Shown here: positions 23,601 to 38,511 of the stretch, piece after piece
How the letters are laid out: each line of letters opens with the position of its first letter
How positions within the stretch are numbered: position 1 is the first letter of the stretch
DNA from: Malacoraja senta
Lineage: Eukaryota
Reading direction: 5' to 3'
DNA: 64,000 bases
Assembly (NCBI GenBank): GCA_038087875.1
Contig: CM075992.1
Location: forward strand, 746,001 to 810,000
Notes under the pieces: model-generated
Told to the model about the DNA's origin: nothing
The model's database searches: none
The model's input: the letters and a program-made list of their open reading frames with translations, nothing else
Made by a program: the position numbers and the translations under genes

Positions 23601-26600
23601 GTGATACAGTGCGGAAACAGGCCCTTCAGCCCACCGAGTCTGCGCCAACCAGCGATCCCCGCACACTGGGAGTATCCTACACACACTAGGGAAAATTTAC
23701 AATTTCACCAATAAACTTGCGTTTAATATTATCTTTAAGATTTAACAAAAGATTTTCACTGTACCTTGGTACACGTGACAATAAACTAAACAAATCTAAG
23801 CTTGCAAAATGTATGCAGGTCTGTTAGTTTAGTTTTGTTTAGAGATACAATGTAGAAGCAGGCCCTTCGGCCCACCGAGTCCACGCCAACCAGCGATCCC
23901 CATACACTAACACTATCCTACACACACTAGGGACAATTTACAATTTCACCTTAGCCAATTAACCTACAAACCTTTATGCCAGGAAACCGAAGATCTTGGA
24001 GAAAACCCATGCGGTCACGGGGAGAACGTACAAACTCCGTACAGACAGCATCCGTAGTCGGGATGGCACCCGGGTCTCCGGCGCCACAAGCTCTGTAATG
24101 CAGCAACTCTACCGCTGCGCCACCGTGCCGCCCTGTCAAACCTAATTTGGGTGCCAGGCCACATTGCGAGATATTTGGGCAGATAACCACAAGTTTGTTC
24201 AAAACTAGAGTAACGTCTTAAACAAAGGGATGATAGTAGAGAGGAGAGAAGCACGGGTCCTTGATAGCTGAAGCATTGTCAATAAAGGTCAACCAATTAC
24301 ATTCAGGGGTAAACACCAGGCCAGAACTAAAGGAGCATGAATATCTGGGACGGTTTGTTGGGTTGGAGGAGATTGCAGATAGGTTACCTGTTAATAGACA
24401 CAAAAAGCTGGAGTAACTCAGCGGGACAGGCAGCCTCGCTGGAGAGGAGGAATGGGTGCCGTTTTGGGTCGAGATGCTTGTTAAATGTTACTGCTTGTTG
24501 GCATATGTTCCCGAGTGAGTTTTGTCCTTGATCAGTCTTGGAATTTAATAGGGAAGAGAGCAAAATAAAACTCTTGTATAAATCCCTGATTAAAGTCCTG
24601 GAACTGTGGAACACAGAAACAGACCCTTCACGTTATCAAACTCCGGGAGACCGGCTCGAAATCAATCAATGAAGCTGATGGTGATAAAGGTGATTGATGA
24701 TCAGTTGCTCTCTGATCCTCTGCAGTTTTGTTTCTGCATATCATTGAACTTTTAGTCACCCTCTCCCTATCTTTCAAATGAGCAATGGAAAGCAAGGTAA
24801 CAGTCACTGAAAGTTTGGCTTCCTTCCTATCAAAGTCTGTAACTGCACCAAAAATTGAGTTTCAGACCTGACCTCTTCAGAAAAATGCATTTTAACGTCG
24901 GTGTTTTTTTGGGCGTTTTGCCAATTTTCCCTCTTTCCGGAACACGTTGACTCCTGATTGAAATTGGGATGTTGATAGGTGCTCTCCTGACTTGTTCTTT
25001 CAACATGTGTGAATGTCACAGTCATACAGCACGGAAACAGGCCCTTTGGCCCAACTTGTCCACACCAACCAAGACACTAGTCGTACCTGTCCGCATTTGG
25101 ACCATCTATATAACTAAAAGTCTCACCTTGACCACTTCCTGTCATAGAAACATAGAAACATAGAAAATAGGTGCAGGAGTAGGCCATTCGGCCCTTCGAG
25201 CCTGCACCGCCATTCAATATGATCATGGCTTATCATACAACTCAGTATCCTGTACCTGCTTTCTCTCCAAACCCCCTGATCCCTTTAGCCACAAGGGCCA
25301 CATCTAACTCCCTCTTAAATATAGCCAATGAACTGGCCTCAACTACCTTCTGTGGCAGAGAATTCCAGAGATTCACCACTCTCTGTGTGAAAAATGTTTT
25401 CCTCATCTCGGTCCTAAAAGACTTCCCCCTTATCCTTAAACTGTGACCCCTTGTTCTGGACTTCCCCAACATCGGGAACAATCTTCCTGCATCTAGCCTG
25501 TCCAACCCCTTAAGAATTTTGTACATTTCTATAAGATCCCCCCTCAATCTTCTAAATTCTAGCGAGTACAAACCGAGTCTATCCAGTCTTTCTTCATATG
25601 AAAGTCCTGACATCCCAGGAATCAGTCTGGTGAACATTCTCTGTACTCCCTCTATGGCAAGAATGTCTTTCCTCAGATTAGGAGACCAAAACTGTACGCA
25701 ATACTCCAGGTGTGGTCTCACCAAGACCCTGTACAACTGCAGTAGAACCTCCCTGCTCCTATACTCAAATCCTTTTGCTATGAATGCTAACATACCATTC
25801 GCCTTCTTCACTGCCTACTGCACCTTCATGCCTACTTTTAATGACTGGTGCACCATGACACCCAGGTCTCGTTGCATCTCCCCTTTTCCTAATCGGCCAC
25901 CATTCAGATAATAGACTACTTTCCTGTTTTTGCCACCAAAGTGGATAACCTCACATTTATCCACATTATACTGCATCTGCCATGCATTTGCCCACTCACC
26001 CAGCCTATCCAAGTCACCTTGTAGCCTCTGAGAATCCTCCTCAGAGCTAACACTGCCCCCCAGCTTCGTGTCATCTGCAAACTTGGAGATGTTGCATTCA
26101 ATTCCCTCGTCCAAATCATTAATATATATCGTAAATAGCTGGGGTCCCAGCACTGAGCCTTGCGGTACCCCACTAGTCACTGCCTGCCATTCTGAAAAGG
26201 ACCCGTTTACTCCTACTCTTTGCTTCCTGTCTGCCAGCCAGTTCTCTATCCACATCAATACTGAACCCCCAATACCGTGTGCTTTAAGTTTGTATACTAA
26301 TCTCTTATGTGGGACCTTGTCAAAAGCCTTCTGAAAGTCTAGATATAACACATCCAATGGTTCTCCCTTATCCACTCTACTAGTTACATCCTTGAAAAAT
26401 TCTATAAGATTCGTCAGACATGATTTACCTTTCATAAATCCATACTGACTTTGTCCAATGATTTCACCACTTTCCAAATGTGCTGCTATCCCATCTTTAA
26501 TAACTGATTCTAGCAGTTTCCCCACTACCGATGTTAGACTAACTGGTCTGTAACTCCCCATTTTCTCTCTCCCTCCCTTTTTAAAAAGTGGGGTTACATT

Positions 26601-29600
26601 AGCTACCCTCCAATCCTCAGGAACTACTCCAGAATCTAAAGAGTTTTGAAAAATTATCACTAATGCATCCACTATTTCTGGGGCTACTTCCTTAAGTACT
26701 CTGGGATGCAGCCTATCTGGCCCTGGGGATTTATCGGCCTTTAATCCATTCAATTTACCTAACACCACTTCCCGGCTAACCTGGATTTCACTCAGTTCCT
26801 CCATCTCATTTGACCCCCGGTCCCCTGCTATTTCCGGCAGATTATTTATGTCTTCCTTAGTGAAGACAGAACCAAAGAGTTATTCAATTGGTCTGCCATG
26901 TCCTTGTTCCCCATGATCAATTCACCTGTTTCTGACTGCAAGGGACCTACATTTGTTTTAACTAATCTTTTTCTCTTCACTGTCTGTGCTGTATATTGAT
27001 TTTGGAAAAAACGCTACCATATATCGCTTTGATTTTTGGCCATCATACTCATAGTCCTCCTCTGCTGAGGCAGCCCAGAGGATTTTTCCGATCGATTAAA
27101 AATAAAAAAAGTTATGAATGTTTAAGAAATCTTGAGATCAGCTGATTGGTCATCTCGCCTGTCAATCATCATGATGAAGGTAACACCCCTTCTGAGGGGC
27201 CAGGACTATAAAGCCCAAATGGTATGTAATTGCATTTGAATTTGGTGGCCTGCACTCTGCTTGAAATGGTATGAAATTGAATTTGAATTTGGTGGCCTGC
27301 ACTTTGCTTGAAATTGTATGAAATTGCATTTGAATTTGGTGGCCTGCACTCTGCTTGAAATGGTATGAAATTGCATTTGAATTTGGTGGCCTGCACTCAC
27401 CTTGAAATGGTATGAAATTGCATTTGAATTTGGTGGCCTGCACTCTGCTTGAAATGGAATTTCAAGGAATAGCCGTGAGTGAACTGCCAGCCCACCAGCC
27501 GTGAGTCAATCAACTGCCAGCACACAAGCCGTGAGTCAACTGTCAGCCCAATAGCAGTGTGTCAGTGAACTGCCAGCTGTGAGTGAGTGAACTATCTTTA
27601 ATCAGACTTTACTGGACTTTATCTTACACTAAACATTATTCCTGTTATCCTGTAACTGCACACTGGTTGGCTCGATTGCAATGATGTATAATATTTTCAC
27701 TGACTGGATAGCACACAACAAAAAAGTTTTCCGCTGTCAAGTCAAGTTTATTTGTCACATACATATACGAGATGTGCAGTGAAATGAAAAGTGGCAATGC
27801 TCGCGGACTTTGTGCAAAAAAAACAAACAAACAAACAAACTACAAACAGAATGGAAGAATATAATCACATATTCTTTTACATATTAAATATTGTGGGCGG
27901 AAGGAAAAAGGGGAAAAAAACAGGGGGAAAAAACAGCAATTTATAAAAAAAACAGTAGAGTGGTGCAGTAAAGCTAGTCCCTGGTGAGGTAGGAGTTTAC
28001 AGTCCGAATGGCCTCTGGGAAGAAACTCCTTCTCAACCTCTCTGTTCTCACAGCATGGCAACGGAGGCGTTTGCCTGACCGTAGCAGCTGGAACAGACCG
28101 TTGTTGGGGTGGAAGGGATCTCCCATGATCTTATTGCCTCTGGAGTTGCACCTTCTGATGTATAGTTCCTGCAGAGGGGCGAGTGTAGTTTCCATTGTGC
28201 GTTCGGCCGAACGCACTACTCTCTGCAGAGCCTTCTTGTCCTGGGCAGAGCAGTTCCCAAACCAGATTGTAATATTTCCGTACAAGATGCTTTCCACAGC
28301 CGCTGAGTAAAAGCACTGGAGGATCTTCGGAGACACTCGGAATTTCCTCAATTGCCTGAGGTGGTAAAGGCGCTGCCTTGCCTTACGAGTGCTGCAGCGT
28401 GTGATGTCCATGTCATATCATATCATGTACCTTGGTACCAAGAGTCTGAAGAAGGGTCTTGACCTAAAACACCAGACGAGTTGAACAGGTACTTTGGATA
28501 CACCAAGGAAGACACAAACAATCTCCCTGATGTACTAGCGGCCAGAGGATCTAGGGTGACGGAGGAACTGAAGGAAAATTCACATTAGGCAGGAAATGGT
28601 GTTGGGTAAACTGATGGGACTGAAGGCTGATAAATCCCCAGGGCCTGATGGTCTGCATCCCAGGGTACTTAAGGAAGTGGCTCTAGAAATCGTGGGGTAG
28701 CTAATGTCATCCTATTTTTTAAGAAAGGCGGGAGAGAGAAAGCAGGGAATTATAGACCAGTTTGCCTGACATCGGTGGTGGGGAAGATGCTGGAGTCAAT
28801 TATAAAAGATGAAAATAGCGGCACATTTGGTTAGCAGTAACAGGATCAGTCATGGATTTACGAAGGGGAAATCATGGATCTACGAAGGGGAAATCATGCT
28901 TAACTAATCTTCTGAAATTTTTTGACGATGTTACTAGGAAAATGCACAAGGGAGAGCCATGAAGATGCAGTTTAATGTGGATAAATGTGTGGTTATCCAC
29001 TTTGGTGGCAAAAACGGGAAGGCAGATTATTATCTGAATGGTGTCAAATTGGGAAAAGGGGAAGTACAACGAGATCTGGGGGTCTTTGTTCATCAGTCAC
29101 TGAAAGTAAGCATTCAGGTACAGCAGGCAGTGAAGAAAGCGAATGGCATGTTGGCCTTCATAACAAGAGGAGTTGAGTATAGGAGCAAAGAGGTCCTAAT
29201 GCAGTTGTACAGGGGCCTAGCGAGACCACTCCTGGAGTATTGTGTGCAGTTTTGGTCCCCAAATTTGAGGAAGGACATTCTTGCTATTGAGGGAGTGCAG
29301 CGTAGGTTCACAAGGTTAATTCCTGGGATGACAGGACTGTCATATGTTGATAGAATGGAGCGACTGGGCTTGTATACGCTGGAATTTAGAAGGATGAGAG
29401 GGAATCTTATTGAAACATATAAGATTAGTAAGGGTTTGAACACGCTAGAGGCAGGAAACATGTTCCCGATGTTGGGGGAGTCCAGAACCAGGGGCCACAT
29501 TTTAAGAATAAGGAGTAAGCCATTTAGAACGGAGATGAGGAAAAACTTTTTCTCACAGAGAGTTGTGAATCTGTGGAATTCTCTGCCTCAGAAGGCAGTG

Positions 29601-32600
29601 GAGGCCAATTTTCTGGATACTTTCAAGAGAGAGTTAGATAGAGCTCTTAAAGATAGGAGAGTCAGGGGATATGGTGAGAGGGCAGGAACGGGGTACTGAT
29701 TGGGGATGATCAGCCATGATCATATTGAATGGCGGTGCTGGCTCGAAGGGCAGAATGGCCTACTCCTGCACCTTTGTACCCACCACTCCTTCCCTTTGAG
29801 AGCGTTTGTTCCTCAGGTTACCTTTAAATCTTTCCTCTTTCACCTTAAAACCACACCCTCCCAGTTTTGGAATGTCCCACCCTGGGGGAAAACACTGTGA
29901 GGAGACGGAGTTCCCCTAGGAATCCAGTTCCAGATTGATGTTTCCTGCTAAGTCTTAGTTAAGTTTAGTTCAGAGATACACTGCGGAAACAGGCCCTTCG
30001 GCCCACCAAGTCAGCACCGACCAGCAATAGGAGCAGAATTAGGCCATTCAGCCCATCAAGTCTACACCATTCAATCATGGCTGATCAATCTTTCCTTCTC
30101 AACCCCATTCTGCTGCCTTCTCCCCATAACTCCTGACACCCATACTAATCAACAATCTGTCAATCTCCGCCTCATGGGGGGTACGTGTGAGAGGTTGTGG
30201 GGGTCTTGCAATATCCTCTGTTGTCAATTGATCGGCCAAGCCTTGCGGGATTAAGGCCCACCCAAGAGAGGGAGGTTGGGTGACGTTTCGGGTCGGGTCC
30301 CTTCTTCAGACTTGATGGTCCCATAGAGTGCATGAGTAGAGCTAGCAATAGTTTAGTTTAGAGATACTTTTTAAAAACTTTTTTAAAATTTCAAAATATA
30401 CTTTATTCGAGAAATAAATATATACAACACATGATCCTTACATAAACTCCATCCGACATTCTCGGAGGCTATACCTACATTCAATACTGCTTACACAAAT
30501 TACACACATTTATCCCCCACCCTTGCCACTCATGTGGCCCACTGCCGTTGTATCCCTTGCCTTATTTTTGAGGGGTGTTTCACCTGCCCCCCATGTCTCA
30601 GCAGCAGAAGGACCCTAGACAGTGGTCCTCCAGATATAACACGGACACAGGCCCTTCGGCCCACCGAGTCCACGCCGACCAGCGATCCCCGCACACTAAC
30701 ACTATCCTATACACACCAGGGAAAATTTACTATTTTTACCGAAACCAATTAACCTACAAACCTGTACGTCTTTGGAGTGTGGGAGGAAACCAGCGCCCCT
30801 GGACAAAACCCACGCGGTCATGGGGAGAACGTAGATGTTGAAGTAATGGAAAAGGAACTGCTTTAGCATAAATGAGGCATGATCAGCTGACTGCAAGGCA
30901 ACAGGAAACAGTTAAAAGGATTAAGTTCATTCTGATTTTAAAAGGGAACAGGGTTGGTGCCACTGAAAGGGATGTAATCAAACTGAAACAAACAGGAGGT
31001 AGGAAGCCTTCTTCAAAATGGGCTTGGGCAGCTTACAACTCAGCGGTATGAATATCGTTCTCTAACTTCAAGTAACCCTTGTTTTCCCTCTCTCTCCATC
31101 CCCCCCCCCCCTCCCCCAGTACTCTGATTGGTCTGACTGTCCTCCTGATTAAATTTTACTTTGCATGCTTCATTGTCACCTTCCCCTTGTTAACAATGAT
31201 CTATTATACATTTTCCTTCAACTTCGTCACCTTTGATGTCTCGTTTTCCCACCTTACCCTTCCATATCCCTGTGTCTCCCTCTCCCCTGACTCTCAGTCT
31301 GAAGAAGGGTCTCGACCCGAAACATCACCCATTCCTTCCATCCAGAGATGCTGCCTGTCCCGCTGAGATTCTCTAGCACTTTGTGTCTTTCTTAAGAGGG
31401 AAGAAGGAAGTTGCAACCCGTAATTCCATTGCTGGCTGTGAGCCTGTAGCTTCCTGGATCCCAAGCCTTGCCCATCCTTTACCTGAATCTGTCTGTCCCA
31501 CTAACTGTCTGAAACCCAGCCGCTATTGCCACATTGCAGGTCACCTCCTCTACACTTGTGTGGCTCAGAGTCAAACTTAGTCAAACCAGCACTGCGATGT
31601 GGAATGTTTATTTTAGAGATGCTGCTCGCGAACAAGGCCCTCCGGGTTGTTAAATATTGGCATTATTTTAGACGGTGTTTCAGGACACCCATCCGAATAG
31701 TGAAATCCCTGGCTCAAAGACAAGGTCAGTAACCAGATCGTGCAAACTGAGAAGGTGTCGAGTCCACATCAACCATCGATCGGCTGTTCACACTAGTTCT
31801 ATGTTATCCCACTTTCCTATCTGCCCCCTACGTATTGTGGACAATTTACAGAAGCCTACAAACCCGCACGTCATTGGGAGTGTGGGAGGAAACTCGCGCG
31901 GTCACAGGGAGAACGTGCAAACTCCACACAGTCAGCACCCAAATGTCAGGATTGAACCCGGGTGTCTGGCGCTGTGAGGCAGCGGCTCTACCCGCTGCAC
32001 CACTGTGTCGACCTTTCACATCTGACTGCATTGAAAGTGCGGATGAAAAGGGAATTAAGGCATCCGGTTCCAACTGCGAAAACGGAGCTAGACCTGAGCA
32101 CTGGTTCCTTTTTCTGGCACCCGGTCATGGACACCAGGGACTTCCCTGCTCTGAGTTTGGTCGGATGAAGGCTGAGTAAGACACGGTCACTGTGGACTGG
32201 TGGTAACGGGTGCCAAGCTTTGGGTGAGGAGGGTATTGCCAACCAGACTGCTCCTGAATGTTGTTGGCTCACTCCTGGAGGACAAAGATTGATAGGTAAC
32301 ACTGCGACTGCTTAGCAGAAGCAAGGAACTGCAGATGTTGGTTAATGCACAAAGGGACACAAAGTGCTGGAGTAACTCAGCGGGTCAGGCAGTATCTCTG
32401 GAGAACATGGATAGGTGATGATTGGGTTAATTGGCTTGTAAAATATCCCTCGTGTGTGTCAGACAGCATTGGTGTAGGGGACGATCGCTGGTGGGCACAG
32501 AATCGGTGGGCCGAAGGGCCTGTTTCCGTGCTGTATCTCTAAACTAAACTAAAGTGGGAACAGATGTGACCGTTACCAGTAGGTTATAATGGATCACGTA

Positions 32601-35600
32601 GTTGAGGCAGATATTATTGCAACATTTAAGAAACATTTAGACAGGTGCGTGGGCAGGACAGGTTGAGAGGGGTATGGGCCAAACGCGGGCAGGTGGGACT
32701 AGAGTAGAAGGGGCATTGTTGGTCGGTGTGGGCAAGTTGGGCTGAAGGGCCTGTTTCCATGCTGTATCACTCTGACGCAAGGTTCTGTGGCAACTCTGTC
32801 ACAGTGACACACCACTTGGTTCTTTGTGCTTTAAAAGTTCCACCCCAACCTGCTGAAGCCTTTATTGAATCTGATAGGATTGCTACAGAGTGCAGGTTAC
32901 GGGGTTACACAGTGGCTCAGCTTTGTGGATAAGTTTAGCCGGCATTTAAAAACAACGAGAATGATCCATTCTACATTTCCCTTGATCTGCATCCTCTTTG
33001 ATGTCTGTCTCGTTTTCACGCCTTGCCCTTCCATATCTCTCGTTTCCCTCTCCCCCGACTCTCAGTCTGAAGAAGGGTCTCAACCCGAAACGTCACCCAT
33101 TCCTTCCCGCCAGCGATGCTGCCTGTCCCGCTGAGTTACTCCAGCATTCTGTGTCTGTAAACCTGCATCTGCAGTTCCTTCCTACACATGAGCAGTATGA
33201 ACAGTCAGCTGTGCAGCAGAGAGAGTGGTCTTCCCCTCCTCCTCCACAGACTGATACAGCCATGCACACTCAGAAGATAATGTGCAGCCAGGGATCGCAG
33301 TGTGGGTGGTGATGGCCTCTTGCCTGGCAGTCTATATTCAGTGTTCTCAGAATCGAAAAGGGGAAGTGTGGCTGAAAGGAATGAATTACTGATGACGCAC
33401 AAGATAGTGCCTGCATACTCTGTTCCCTCTCTGATCCACCTCCTGAAGTTACCAGCCCACCACCATAGAAACATAGAGGATAGGTGCAGGAGTAGGCCAT
33501 TCGGCCCTTTGAGCCTGTACCACCATTCAATACGATTGTGGCTGATCATCCACAATCAGTACTCCGTTCCTGCTTTCTCCCCCTATCCCTTGATTCCGTT
33601 AACCCTAAGAGCTAAATCTAACTCTTTCTTGAAAACATCCAGTGAATTGGCCTCCAATTCGAATCAGCACCATTGGGTAAAACGAGGAGTGCGGGAGTGG
33701 GGAATGGCTTAACGGTAGGGGCGGCATGGTGGCGCTGCGGCCGAGTTGCTGTCTCACAGCGCCAGAGACCAGGGTTCAATCCTGACTACAGGTGCTGTCT
33801 GTACGGAGTTTGTACGTTCTCCCCGTGACCTGCGGGGTTTTCTCCGGGATCTCCGGTTTCCTCCCACACTCCAAAGATGTACAGGTTTGTAGGCTAATTG
33901 AAAAATTCCTAGCGTGTGTTGGATAGTGTTAGTGTGCGGGGATTGTTGGTCTGCTTGGACTCGGTGGGCTGAAGGGCCTGTTTCTGCGCTGTATCTCTAA
34001 ACTAAACTAAAAGCGTAACGTGTGGCCAGTGAAGGGCTAGGAATGAGAGGAATGTGAGCGGGAATGTTGGAAGGGGCAGATTAGTAGGTGTGTGTTTACC
34101 TCGGGCTGTTGTAAATACCAATCTTTTGGCAGGGACTGAAATTAATTGGTTAATGAATAACGAGATCACCCATTGAAGGGATTGGGAGCTATGAACGAGA
34201 TTTAATGGGAGTGCAGACATGTGATGGGATTAACAGCATGCTCTTTACTGGTGAAATAAAATCAAGGAGCCTCTCGACTGAAGGAAGTGCCTTGACCTGA
34301 AATGTCAGCTATCCATGTGTTAAGATCATGAGAGGAAGAGATCGGGTAGATGCAGAGTCTTTTACCCAGAGTAGGGGAATCGAAATCCAGCGGACACAGG
34401 TTTAAGGTGAGAGGGGTAAGATTTAATAGGAAACTGAGGGGCAACTATTTTACACAAAGGGTGATGGGTGTATGGAACGAGCTGCCGGAGGAGGCAGTTG
34501 AGGTAGGTATTAACACAACGTTTAAAAATCATTTGGACAGGTTTCGAGGGATATGGGCCAAACGTGAGCAGGTGGGACTAGCGTAGATGGGACATGTAAA
34601 TTGGGCCGAAAGGCTTGTTTCCATGCTGTGTGACTCTATGTTCTTCAGTGATACTGCTTGGCCCGCTGACTTACTCCAGCACTTTGTGTCTTGTTGCTAG
34701 CCTCAAGTCGCAGCCCGGCAAGGCTAATCTCTGTCCTAGTGGTGAGCCTGCCAGAAGAGGGTGGTAATTGGAGGCTGCGACATTTAGTTTTTTGCTTTTG
34801 GCATTTTCGGCACAGACACTGTGCACAGAATTTCACCCTGTGTGGAAAAAGTTGGTCCCCGGGTTCCTATTAAATCTTTCCCCACTCACCTAAACCTATG
34901 TCCTCTGGTTCTTGAAGAGGCTTTTAAAATGACATTTTCATTCTTTCTCAACCTTGTTCTATGATATAAGGTCCCTTTTGATTTTGATTTTTCCCCTCCC
35001 ACACAAGGCCAGCTGTGCTCGTTCAAAAGCAATTCATCAAACCCTGGAGATGGATTTCATTTTCCATCTATGTACGAGATAGGGAGGTAGTATCGCGGCT
35101 TGTGTTTGTTTACTAATAGTCATAGAGAGATACAGTATGGAAACAGGCCCTTCAACCATTAATCCACCGTTAATCCCATTGCTTATTCTCCCTACATTCG
35201 CATCAACTGCGCAGTAGTAGAGTTGCTGCCTCACGGCGCCAGAGACCCGGGTTTGATCCAGACTACGGGTGCTGTCTGTACGGAGTTTGCACGTGCTCCC
35301 TGTGACCGCATGGCTTTTCTCCAGGTGCTCCGGTTTCCTCCTGCATGACCAAGACGTACAGGTTTGTAGCTTAATTGGCTTTGGTAAATAAATTGTCAAT
35401 AGTGCGTAGGATGGTGTTAGTGACTCGGTGGATCGATGAGCCTGTTTCCACGCTGAATCTCTAAAGTCCTAAAATCCCCAATTCTACCACTTGTTGACAC
35501 GAAATTTTCAAGGGGAATTTTTCACAGAATTAACAGAAGGATGTTATGTTGCTCACCCGCACATATTGAGGATGTGGGAGGAAACCCACGCTTTCAGAGG

Positions 35601-38433
35601 GGAACATGCAAACTCCACACAGACTGCACCCTAGGTCAGGATTGAAGCTGGGTCTCAGGCGCTGTGAGGCAGTGGCCCTACCCGCTGAGCTACATTATCA
35701 TTGGTATTTGGATAAGAGCTTTCTAGTATGTGTAGGAAGGAACTGCAGATGCTCATTTACACCGAAGATAGACTCAAAATGCCGGGAGTAACTCAGCGGG
35801 ACAGGCAGCATCTCTGGAGAGTAAGAATAGGCCACGTTTTGGGTCGAACTTCATCAGGCTGATGGAGGGTCTCGCCCCAAAATGTCACCTATTTCTTTTC
35901 TCCAGAGATGTTGCCTGTCCTGCTGAGTTACTCCAGCACACTGTGTATATCTAAGAGTTTTCTAGACTAGTCAAAACTCCTTCATTTGGTTTAAAATTCA
36001 CATAATAATTTCTGACTGTCTCAAAATTATTTATTCTCACATTAACTATCCCATGTTCCTGTCACTGTGTTCTATTAGGCATGTTCTTTTGACAAAGGAG
36101 TTCAATAAAAATCAATTTCAATGGAATTTTGGAGACTTTGAACATTTCTTCCCTCCTGCTTTCCCCACCCAAAGCCTTTGGCATTGGGAAGAAAAAGACA
36201 CTACACAATCCTTTTAATGCGTATCTTATCCAAGTTGCTTGTCTAATTGTACGCTCTCCCTGTGACCTGCGTGGGTTTCCACCGAGATCTCTGGTTTCCT
36301 CCCACACTCCAAGGACATACAGGTTTGTAGGTTAATTGGCTTGGTATGAATGTAAAATTGTATGGGATAGTTAATGTACGGGGATCGCTGGTCGGTGCGG
36401 ACTCGGTGGGCTGTTTCCGTGCTGTATCTGTAGACTAAAAAATCACAACATTTGGCCCTTTGTTATTTTCACCCAGAGAGTTGTGGATCTGTGGAATTGT
36501 CTGCTACAGTGGGCAGTGGAGGCCAATTCACTGGATGTATTCAAGAGTTGGATGTGGCTCATAGGGCTAACGGAATCAAGGGATATGGGGAGAAAGCAGG
36601 AACGGGATACTGATTCTGTATGATCAGCCATGATCATATTGAATGGCGGTGCTGGCTCGAAGGGCCGAATGGCCTACTCCTGCACCTGTTTTCTATGTTA
36701 CCAAGTTGTCAAGGGGGGGAAATGTACAGGTAATTGATGAAAGCAGAAGTAGAGGTGAAACGTCTGTGAAGAGTCTTGCTTTATTCTCTGCTGCTGAGGA
36801 GTGCTGGTTGTTGAACTGTGCGTGTGACGGATCAGAGGCGGAGAGGAAGTGAAGGCTGTATGTAGGTCGCTGTTTACCACTGTGTTTGAAGGGCTGATTT
36901 GTTCCCCAACTGGGAGAATCCTGCAAAGACGATGTCCTTGACGGGGGAGTGGGAGTGGGTGTGTAACTGGTGGGATGGGATATTCCTGGCACTTGACCCA
37001 AGAAAGATCAACATCTGCGATTATTGAGCGCAGCCCTCTGACTGCACTGTAAATGGAACGCAGTCTTCTGCAGGCCGCGCTCTCCCCTCCTTCCTCTTTG
37101 ATCTTGCAGTTTCATCCGTTTGTGGTCGGTCTCTGTCTGACTCTCGCAGGAAACCGTACCGAGCCCGGAACCTTGTTCCGCAGTGCAGCCCGCGGGCTTC
37201 TGCTGGGGACGCGAGCAGAATCTCGGTGATGGTGCAGAGTTTGCGGGAGCATCTCGCTTCTGGAGAAGGGCTGGGTAAGAGCACTGTCTCGTCCACTGAG
37301 GTGGACCCACCAACGCTCTGTGTACATGTACCGCACATAGTACGACCTGGATGGGCCGAGACCTGTAAGTTAATGGCCTGGAAATTGTTGGAGCTCTCAG
37401 CTGGTGGAATGTTTTGTGGAATTGATTGTCCCGCAGTTTGGAAAGTAATTCTGCTGTTACCTGCCAGAAAGCAAAGTTAATATCAAAGCAACTGAAGAAC
37501 AGAAACAACAGTCTACTTCCTTAACAAATGGCATTTAATGTTGGGAGAGGCGTGAGTTTGTGTGTGAGTGTGAGTTTGTGTGTGAGTGTGAGTTTGTGTG
37601 TGAGTGTGAGTTTGTGTGAGTGAGAGTGTGCGTTTGTGTGTGTGAGTGTGAGTTTGTGTGAGAGTGTGTGTGAGTTTGTGTGAGAGTGTGTGTGTGTGTG
37701 TGTGTGAGAGTGTGAGTTTGTGTGTTTGTGTGAGAGTGAGTTTGTGTGTGAGTGAGTTTGTGTGTTTGTGTGAGTTTGTGTGTGAGTGTGTTTGTGTGAG
37801 TTTGTGTGAGTGTGTGAGTTTGTGTGAGAGTGTGTGAGTTTGTGTGTGTGAGTTTGTGTGTGTGAGTTTGTGAGTTTGTGTGTGTGTGAGAGTGTGTGAG
37901 TTTGTGTGAGTGAGAGTGTGTGAGTTAGAGTGTGTGAGTTGTGTGTGTGTGAGAGTGTGTGAGTTTGTGTGAGTGAGAGTGTGTGAGTTAGAGTGTGTGA
38001 GTTTGTGTGTGTGTGAGAGTGTGTGAGTTTGTGTGAGTGAGAGTGTGTGAGTTTGTGTGTGAGTTTGTGTGTGTGAGTTTGTGTGCGTGTGAGAGTGTGA
38101 GTTTGTGTGAGAGTGTGTGAGTTTGTGAGAGTGTGAGTTTGTGTCAGTGTGTGTGTGAGTGAGAGTGTGTGAGGCAGAGGAGGGTCAAGGGATGATGGGC
38201 AGCTCGTGGCAGGTCGGGGAGGGATGAAGTTGGGAGACAGAGGAACTAGGAACTGCAGATGCTGGTTTATAAAAAACAAACATAAGGTGCTGGAAGACTG
38301 GAATCTGAAGAAGGTTCCGACCCAAAACATTGCCTACCCATGTCCCCATATCGTCCAGAGATATTGCCTGACCTGCTGAGTTACTCCAGCACTTTGTGAT
38401 TATTTTTGAAACAGGTAGATAATGGAATGAGGC

Positions 38434-38511
<78 letters not shown>

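Noticed and set aside
25242..26804. Active autonomous LINE
   Set aside because: 5'-truncated (no endonuclease or ORF1) and carries an in-frame stop at 25815-25817.
33720..33790. tRNA genes at SINE heads
   Set aside because: A/B-box-like heads run straight into the V-domain and LINE-like tail; no complete cloverleaf.
37521..38330. 269-aa His/Thr-rich ORF
   Set aside because: Translation of a GT/GA compound microsatellite.
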